A stretch of DNA of 64,000 nucleotides from a virus: positions 32,001 to 96,000 of the IMG/VR virus record IMGVR_UViG_3300047558_000238; one strand, given 5' to 3'. The notes below the pieces were generated by a model. The model was not told the DNA's origin. It made no database searches and saw only the letters and a program-made list of their open reading frames with translations. The stretch's first letter is position 1, and each line of letters begins with the position of its first letter. The translations under genes were made by a program, and so were the position numbers. Below are positions 58,373 through 64,000 of the stretch, one piece after another.

Positions 58373-58927
58373 TTATGGCAGCATGTCATAAAAGAAAACT
58401 AGTAGGTTTACTCTAGAGCCTTTAGTAATTAAGTTGACTCCGTGTGATACATAGTATCCAGGAAAGAGAACTAAACTACCTGGCTTTGGCTTAACCTGAG
58501 CACCTTGGTCGTCAAAAAGCAGCTCTCCGCCTTCGTAATCATCGTTCAATAAGATGCTACAGACATGCGAACGCTTTTTCCCATCAAACTCTCCATCTGG
58601 GTTAGGGTCTTCATCTTTATGGGACGGCAGGAATGCTCCTTGGTCCATTACGTTTCCGAAGATTCTGCTAAATACAAACTCTCCATGCATCTCGTAAGTT
58701 GATATGTAATAGTCCCTAATTTTTTCTACTAGACTCTCTAGCTTTCGCTCGGGGTCTTGGTGGATTGGGTAGTACCCTTGAGCAAGAGTGTGGTTGTCGA
58801 AGAACCCCATGCCTCTGAAATTTGGTTTTGGGTCTGGTGATGAATTGTCTAGTACTATGCTAAGCAGCTGTGCACATTCTTCAGCTGTGAAGAAGTCTTC
58901 GATAATCTCAAAGGTGCGCTCACTCAT
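58373..58927 (-). CDS. 2OG-Fe(II) oxygenase inside the tRNA array
   Basis: 'HKD', 'LNDDYEGGEL', 'HGV', 'R'. Confidence 0.88.
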   Translation of the reverse strand: MSERTFEIIEDFFTAEECAQLLSIVLDNSSPDPKPNFRGMGFFDNHTLAQGYYPIHQDPERKLESLVEKIRDYYISTYEMHGEFVFSRIFGNVMDQGAFLPSHKDEDPNPDGEFDGKKRSHVCSILLNDDYEGGELLFDDQGAQVKPKPGSLVLFPGYYVSHGVNLITKGSRVNLLVFFYDMLP

Positions 58928-58972
58928 TTGGCATTTTCCATTCTATTAAGTACACTTATATTTTACAGCCAC

Positions 58973-59058
58973 CCTCCCGTGGTGAAACTGGTAGACGCGC
59001 TAGACTTAAAATCTGGTTCCGTAAAGGAGTGTCGGTTCGATCCCGACCGGGAGGACCA
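58973..59058 (+). tRNA. tRNA-Leu(TAA)
   Basis: CTAGA-CTTAAAA-TCTGG; long variable arm; CCA. Confidence 0.92.
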
Positions 59059-59059
59059 A

Positions 59060-59132
59060 CCCCACGTAGCTCAGTGGATAGAGCAGCGGCCTTCTAATCC
59101 GCTGGTCGTAGGTTCGATTCCTACCGTGGGGG
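59060..59132 (+). tRNA. tRNA-Arg(TCT)
   Basis: Anticodon loop CTTCTAA; CCCCACG/CGTGGGG acceptor. Confidence 0.9.
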
Positions 59133-59150
59133 CTCTGGTAAAATAGGTAG

Positions 59151-59384
59151 ATGTCCCTAAAAAATCTCCCGGGGGATCTTCCTGATGACTACGCTAAGTT
59201 GAAAGACTTAGTCGATCAGGCGGTCCATAGAGCTATTGAGTTAGCTGAGTCTGCTCAGCGATTTGAGTTTTTTCAGGCGCTTCGAGATTTAATTCAAGAA
59301 AAAGACCTAGCTGGAGATCAGATTGCTGTAGATACTCTTAACTGGGCCTGTGAGCAGATAGCTTCTAGAATTCCGCTAGATTAG
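59151..59384 (+). CDS. Hypothetical protein
   Basis: TAAAAT-N6-ATG. Confidence 0.6.
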   Translation: MSLKNLPGDLPDDYAKLKDLVDQAVHRAIELAESAQRFEFFQALRDLIQEKDLAGDQIAVDTLNWACEQIASRIPLD

Positions 59385-59419
59385 TTGGAATACTTCACGT
59401 CACGCTATAGGATTGTGGT

Positions 59420-60130
59420 GTGACCGATATTACTTTTAGATCTGATGTAACCGTTGAACTTATCCAGTCCATGGGAGGAGATGAAGCAGTTGTTAGAAGT
59501 GCTCGTGTTTCTACCACTAGTGGTACTACTGGTGATCTTAGTTTGGGCGAACGAGAAAAAGGACTAATCAACTTTTTGATGCGTGACCGACACGGCACGC
59601 CGTTCGAACACAATGGTTTCACCTTCTATATCGAAGCACCAATCTTTGTGTTCCGTGAGTTTATGCGCCACCGTATGGCTTCATATAATGAAGAATCAGG
59701 ACGATACAAGGAACTAGAGCCAGTCTTCTATGTGCCTGGCGATGACCGTAACTTAATTCAGGTTGGTAAACCAGGCGCATATACTTTCGAACCTGGCAGC
59801 TATTCTCAGGTTAAAAATGCTCAGGCTCTGACTCGTCTATCTAGCGAACGTTCCTATGAGCTATACAAGAAGATGCTTAGTGAGGGTATTGCTCGTGAAG
59901 TTGCTCGTGGAGTGCTTCCAGTAAATACTTATTCGAGTATGTACGTCACTATGAACGCACGCTCACTAATGAATTTTTTGAGCCTGCGCACCATGCGAGA
60001 AGGTACGCACTTTCCTTCGTTCCCGCAGCGAGAGATCGAGATGGTAGCTGAGAAGATGGAATGCTTCTTTGCTGAGAAGATGCCAATTACTTATGAAACC
60101 TTTAACAAGAATGGTCGCGTGGCTCCGTAA
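59420..60130 (+). CDS. thyX: Flavin-dependent thymidylate synthase
   Basis: 'ARVS', 'HGTPFEH', 'RHRMASYNEESGRY', 'AREVARGVLP', 'NARSLMNFLSLR'. Confidence 0.96.
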   Translation: MTDITFRSDVTVELIQSMGGDEAVVRSARVSTTSGTTGDLSLGEREKGLINFLMRDRHGTPFEHNGFTFYIEAPIFVFREFMRHRMASYNEESGRYKELEPVFYVPGDDRNLIQVGKPGAYTFEPGSYSQVKNAQALTRLSSERSYELYKKMLSEGIAREVARGVLPVNTYSSMYVTMNARSLMNFLSLRTMREGTHFPSFPQREIEMVAEKMECFFAEKMPITYETFNKNGRVAP

Positions 60131-60411
60131 TGCTAGACATTGATCCAGTACATGAAGAAGCAAAGGGTCGTAAGACCGCAGCGAGTCTAGCTATCAATAA
60201 AGCAATGACTGCTAGAAGAGTTGCAGAAGAGTCGTTTGAAAACTCTCTTGATGCTGCTTTTGAGTCTGGTTGGGAGCTAGGCATTATCGATGAGCGTAGT
60301 CGTGTAGCCGATATTCTTACTGCCTTAGAGCGTCGCTTGACAGATTCTGAAGAAGATGCTAAGCTCACTATCGAAATCATAAGAAAGCTGATTTCTACAG
60401 ATTCTGACTAG
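60130..60411 (+). CDS. Hypothetical protein
   Basis: TAATG coupling. Confidence 0.6.
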   Translation: MLDIDPVHEEAKGRKTAASLAINKAMTARRVAEESFENSLDAAFESGWELGIIDERSRVADILTALERRLTDSEEDAKLTIEIIRKLISTDSD

Positions 60412-60418
60412 GAGTGAC

Positions 60419-60649
60419 ATGGAAGAGCGACAGAACGACAATGATGAGCTTTGCTCTAGTTTTGATGAACTAATTCGTAAAGAGCACTCTCCGGTAGATA
60501 AGCAGCGTCTTATTGAAGTCTGGTCTAAGGTCCAGATTGCAGAGATTATGCAGAAGCATGCTAAAAGCCTTCTAGACTCTGCCCAAACGGATTTAGAGTT
60601 CTACAAACTAATTAGAGCTGAGCGTGAGTTAAATGACGGACTACAGTAG
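60419..60649 (+). CDS. Hypothetical protein
   Basis: RBS AGGAG. Confidence 0.6.
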   Translation: MEERQNDNDELCSSFDELIRKEHSPVDKQRLIEVWSKVQIAEIMQKHAKSLLDSAQTDLEFYKLIRAERELNDGLQ

Positions 60650-60911
60650 TCAGCTTCGCTCGACTCGAATGCAGCTAGAGCATACTGATATCTATCTAAC
60701 CTGCCATGATGAGCTATCTTGCCGTGGCGAGTACTGCACTCTACATAAGCGTTCAGACCACTCGATGCGCTCTTTTCCGCAGCATTGGCGTGCTGATCGT
60801 GCTCTGATGGAGCGAATTTGTCCTCATGGGGTTGGCCACCCTGACCCTGATGATATCTATCTAGACCTAAATGAACGCGGTGTCCACGGTTGTGATGGTT
60901 GCTGTGGCTAA
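60633..60911 (+). CDS. Cys/His-rich hypothetical protein
   Basis: 'C..H..S.H.M..ERICPHGVGHPDPD..HGCDGCC'. Confidence 0.65.
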   Translation: MTDYSSQLRSTRMQLEHTDIYLTCHDELSCRGEYCTLHKRSDHSMRSFPQHWRADRALMERICPHGVGHPDPDDIYLDLNERGVHGCDGCCG

Positions 60912-61029
60912 ATTTGGTTGGTGCTTGACAAATCATCATGAGCTTTGTATAGTAAAACTTGTATCTAGCGATACCTACTGTGACTGTAAGTGTCATGAGA
61001 AGAATTCAGAGGACGTAGATGATAAATAA
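60904..61029 (+). CDS. 41-aa Cys/His-rich protein (not in the ORF track)
   Basis: MAKFGWCLTNHHELCIVKLVSSDTYCDCKCHEKNSEDVDDK; overlaps both neighbours. Confidence 0.55.
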   Translation: MAKFGWCLTNHHELCIVKLVSSDTYCDCKCHEKNSEDVDDK

Positions 61030-61489
61030 AGAGACCCTAGACAAGATTGCAGAGATTACTCGTCTCCATGACGAAGCATTCTGGCACTTGCACCAGTTTG
61101 ATGGCCATGCTAAGAGCAGTGATGGCTATGTAGCAATAAAGATTGGATTTGGTACAGTATGGGATCGCCAGGAAGAGCCAGTAGAGCCAAGTGTGAGCGT
61201 GGACATCTATTCCTATGTAGTTGCTTCGAATACCCCTTCCTATCCAAACTTCGGGGACAGAAGCCACTACTTCGAGACGGTGGACGAAGCACTTCAGGTG
61301 ATGAAGGAGTGGCACCAGAGAGCGATGAGCTACCAGCCGACAGAAGACGAGCTGAAAGAGATTGATGATTTTGCTCGTGAGATGTGTGAAGTTATTAAAG
61401 ATAAAACCACGGTCTACGAGCTAAATGATGGTGAAACTACAAAAGTTTGGCCACCAGAGAACTTTAGAGATAAAGCAAACGGAGAGTAG
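61019..61489 (+). CDS. Hypothetical protein
   Basis: RBS GAGGA; 156 aa. Confidence 0.6.
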   Translation: MINKETLDKIAEITRLHDEAFWHLHQFDGHAKSSDGYVAIKIGFGTVWDRQEEPVEPSVSVDIYSYVVASNTPSYPNFGDRSHYFETVDEALQVMKEWHQRAMSYQPTEDELKEIDDFAREMCEVIKDKTTVYELNDGETTKVWPPENFRDKANGE

Positions 61490-61490
61490 C

Positions 61491-61784
61491 ATGGGTAAGA
61501 AAAAGTCAGAGCGTAAGGTCTACCGGGACTTCACGCTGGATGAGTTTGATGAGTTCACTCTTGGTCGTATGATTGAAGGTGCTGCTGAAGAGCGTGGCAA
61601 CATTATTGCTGAGCTTCGACGTCATGCTCTAGAGCTACGTACTCTATCTAGCTACTCTAAGCTGCCTCTGCCTGAAGATGTTTTTGCTCATAGGGCTATG
61701 GGTCTAGAGATGGCAATCTCTATTATCCAGAACTTGCCTGACCTTGAAGAGAACGTTGGTTGTCGTGAGTGTGGCGCGTTCTAG
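61491..61784 (+). CDS. Hypothetical protein
   Basis: RBS GGAG; C-terminal CxxC. Confidence 0.6.
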   Translation: MGKKKSERKVYRDFTLDEFDEFTLGRMIEGAAEERGNIIAELRRHALELRTLSSYSKLPLPEDVFAHRAMGLEMAISIIQNLPDLEENVGCRECGAF

Positions 61785-61882
61785 TGGACTGTTCCAACTG
61801 CAAGATTGAACTAACTAAAGACCCTCATGGTTGGCATGAATGTGTAAGGTGTGGAGCTATCTGGATAGGAGTTGTTGAATGA
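61784..61882 (+). CDS. 32-aa zinc-ribbon miniprotein (not in the ORF track)
   Basis: TAGTG and ATGA overlaps; MDCSNC..ECVRCG. Confidence 0.55.
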   Translation: MDCSNCKIELTKDPHGWHECVRCGAIWIGVVE

Positions 61883-62202
61883 GCTACGCAAGAAGTAACG
61901 GTGTAGACAGCGATGTCTACGTCTATGAACACTGTGCTGGTTTTATTGAATGCTGTGGTTGTAGGTTAACAGCTCCAGAAGAGCATGAAGACGTTGGCTT
62001 CGCTAGATTGAGCACTGCTCGTGAGGCTCTTGCCCATTTGGAGTGGCATGTACGCGAAGGCGATAAAGTCCCTGATCGAGCCTTTGAAAGAATTAAGGAA
62101 GAGCACCCGGACCTAGACGCCGCTATTCAGCCGTATGTTACTCCACCAGAGGTTCGTGAGCGTCAGCTTAAGCGTATGCGGGAATTGTTTAACCGTGATT
62201 AG
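61879..62202 (+). CDS. Hypothetical protein
   Basis: 'MSYAR..SDVYVY..ECCGC..H...H'. Confidence 0.65.
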   Translation: MSYARSNGVDSDVYVYEHCAGFIECCGCRLTAPEEHEDVGFARLSTAREALAHLEWHVREGDKVPDRAFERIKEEHPDLDAAIQPYVTPPEVRERQLKRMRELFNRD

Positions 62203-62368
62203 GTTTCGTTGGTACCCGAAGAAGCCATTGAAGTACACTGCTTGGGATACGCACTGGGGTTGGCAGCTTTGGGGGCATAAAGGTAATGGTCTTCGTGGTC
62301 CATATAAATGGACACTTGACATTTATTTGGGAAAGCGTATACTTGTAGTTATCTTTGGAAGGAGATAA
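62195..62368 (+). CDS. Hypothetical protein
   Basis: Gap-filling Trp-rich ORF with GTG start. Confidence 0.45.
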   Translation: MIRFRWYPKKPLKYTAWDTHWGWQLWGHKGNGLRGPYKWTLDIYLGKRILVVIFGRR

Positions 62369-62371
62369 CAA

Positions 62372-62713
62372 ATGCCATGTCAAGTAGAGACGTATGATGA
62401 TGGATATTCACGAGCACGTGAGGCAAACGCTGAAACGCAGAAGTGGAAGAAAATTGCTGACAAGCTAACCCATGAGAACGATATTCTCCGTGAAGGTATT
62501 CTTGCTGCTGCAGAAAAGGCACCTAAGGCTTTTACCGCTAGCTTCTTGAAGAAGGTGAACCTAGATCAGGTTGCTCACCGCAAAGAAGACCTACGCCGTC
62601 TAGAGAAGACCTTCCGTGCAGCTAAGGACGCAGAGAAGTTGGGTCTTGTTATGTTGGCTGACCCAAATAAGCCATTACAGAAGCAACTTGGATTTGATCC
62701 AGATGCTTACTAG
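62372..62713 (+). CDS. Hypothetical protein
   Basis: RBS AAGGAG. Confidence 0.6.
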   Translation: MPCQVETYDDGYSRAREANAETQKWKKIADKLTHENDILREGILAAAEKAPKAFTASFLKKVNLDQVAHRKEDLRRLEKTFRAAKDAEKLGLVMLADPNKPLQKQLGFDPDAY

Positions 62714-62834
62714 ACTTAAGTACAAATTTCGCGGATATGTTAAGCGCCGTGAAGATGAAGCTGCATTTAAGGCATTTATTGCTGGTATGCAGTATGGCAA
62801 ATATCTAGCCGAGAAAGACGTGAAGTCAAAGTGA
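62703..62834 (+). CDS. Hypothetical protein
   Basis: Overlap-coupled short ORF. Confidence 0.45.
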   Translation: MLTRLKYKFRGYVKRREDEAAFKAFIAGMQYGKYLAEKDVKSK

Positions 62835-63748
62835 AGAAGAAAAAGGTAATTATCCCCCGTGGGCTGCCAGGTTCTGGTAAGAGCACTTGGGTCAAAGAGC
62901 AGTTGGCTACGCACCCTGCTGGCACTGCTGTTCGCTTGAACAACGATGATCTTTCTATGATGCTCTACAACGAGATGTGGGGCAATATGTTTAACAACGC
63001 GAGCAAGGAGTTGCTACATCACTTGCGCTTGGCTATGCTTAAAACTTTTCTTGCGCAGGAGTACATCACGCACATCTACGTTGATAACACCAACCTTGCA
63101 CGCGCAACCGTAAAAGCTTTGCAGGATGTCACTTTGTTGGCTGGTGCTGAGTTTGTTGTTGTAGACACTTTTCTAGACGTCCCTATTGAAGAGTGCATTG
63201 AGCGTGACTCGAAGCGCGAGAAGGTTGTTGGCGGAGATGTTATTCGCAAGATGGCTGGTCAGCTGAAGGGCATTAGGTCGTGGAAGGTCCCCGAGACTCC
63301 TACGATTAAAGCGCATGACAACACTAACTCTGAGTTGGAGTCGGTAGTTCTCTGCGATATCGACGGAACTATTGCATTGATGAACGGCCGTAGCCCGTAT
63401 GAGTTCGACAAGGTTCACACGGACGTCCCTAATTTTTCTGTAGCTGCTTTGGTTGCAATGCTTAAGGCTAATGATGTTCGAGTCATCTTTATGTCTGGAC
63501 GTGGCGAGGAGTCTCGCAATGAGACAACTGTCTGGTTATGGAACGAGCTAGGATTTAAGCCAGAGCTATACATGCGTGCAGCTGGAGACGTACGTCCTGA
63601 CTGGATTGTCAAGTATGAGCTATTCCAGGAGCACATTGCTGGTAAGTATCATGTTTGGTTTGTACTTGACGACCGTGATCAGGTTGTTGATCTTTGGCGT
63701 CGCAAGCTTGGCCTTCCAACTTTCCAGGTAGCGGATGGTGGCTTCTAA
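62831..63748 (+). CDS. pnk: Polynucleotide 5'-kinase/3'-phosphatase (T4 PseT-like)
   Basis: P-loop 'GLPGSGKST', 'VDNTN'; HAD 'DIDGT', 'SGR', 'DDRDQVVDLWR'. Confidence 0.92.
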   Translation: MKKKKVIIPRGLPGSGKSTWVKEQLATHPAGTAVRLNNDDLSMMLYNEMWGNMFNNASKELLHHLRLAMLKTFLAQEYITHIYVDNTNLARATVKALQDVTLLAGAEFVVVDTFLDVPIEECIERDSKREKVVGGDVIRKMAGQLKGIRSWKVPETPTIKAHDNTNSELESVVLCDIDGTIALMNGRSPYEFDKVHTDVPNFSVAALVAMLKANDVRVIFMSGRGEESRNETTVWLWNELGFKPELYMRAAGDVRPDWIVKYELFQEHIAGKYHVWFVLDDRDQVVDLWRRKLGLPTFQVADGGF

Positions 63749-63918
63749 TGAAGTGTGATTACTGCGAGAGTCAAGCTGTGTTCCGCCTATACCATCGAGA
63801 TGGTTCTGAAACTGCACGCTGCGGTGAGTGCAAGAGTCCGGAGACAGTATTTAGTATCGCTAAGCTCGGTCTTGAGTTTAAGAATGATAACTACATCTAT
63901 GTACGAACGGAAGACTGA
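63748..63918 (+). CDS. Small protein with two CxxC motifs
   Basis: TAATG coupling; 'CDYC...CGEC'. Confidence 0.55.
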   Translation: MKCDYCESQAVFRLYHRDGSETARCGECKSPETVFSIAKLGLEFKNDNYIYVRTED

Positions 63919-64000
63919 TGGCTAAAAGTCCGCTAGGCCCTAGCTATTGCACTATATGCTCCGAGTACTTCTGGGAGAGCAAGCACGAGTGCGAATGGGG
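63918..64000 (+). CDS. Partial small Cys/His protein
   Basis: TGATG coupling; runs off the window end. Confidence 0.45.
   Translation, partial: MAKSPLGPSYCTICSEYFWESKHECEW

Noticed and set aside
57831-59146. ORF-track ORFs 57831-58022, 58031-58294 and 58928-59146
   Set aside because: They overlap tRNA genes and are spurious.
60925-60953. TTGACA-N17-TATAGT promoter
   Set aside because: It lies inside a plausible Cys/His-rich ORF. It may be real but cannot be separated from coding coincidence.

Overview
This window is a 64-kb internal segment of a large lytic tailed phage. WhiB x2, DUF3039, nrdHIEF, a tmRNA tag ending FALAA and many leaderless genes indicate an actinobacterial host; the moderate GC suggests freshwater Microbacteriaceae (inference). 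All family names come from motif recognition, not database searches. Layout: (1) 1-5.3 kb, end of the tail module; (2) 6-21.6 kb, replication, recombination and repair genes (PolA, RuvC-like, SNF2, PD-(D/E)XK nuclease, AAA ATPase, SSB, primase-helicase); (3) 21.6-44.8 kb, a minus-strand island of accessory virion fibres; (4) 45-64 kb, nrdHIEF, PIN-PhoH, tRNAs, tmRNA, GPx, dUTPase, ThyX, PNK and small genes. The standout is the fibre island. Two fibres ending in a paralogous C-terminal domain are each followed by a putative tip protein carrying a low-complexity peptide. One is an FN3 protein ending in a 62-aa P(P)FF repeat, followed by a terminator, eight 2OG-Fe(II) oxygenases and two DUF6065-like genes. 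The other has a Cys/Tyr-rich repeat insert, followed by its own DUF6065-like and CxxC genes. This reads as a RiPP-like post-translational tailoring system for displayed virion peptides (inference). The window holds 12 2OG-Fe(II) oxygenases and two to three glycosyltransferases, plus a tRNA-like RNA with an expanded anticodon arm and unassigned structured RNA next to the tmRNA.
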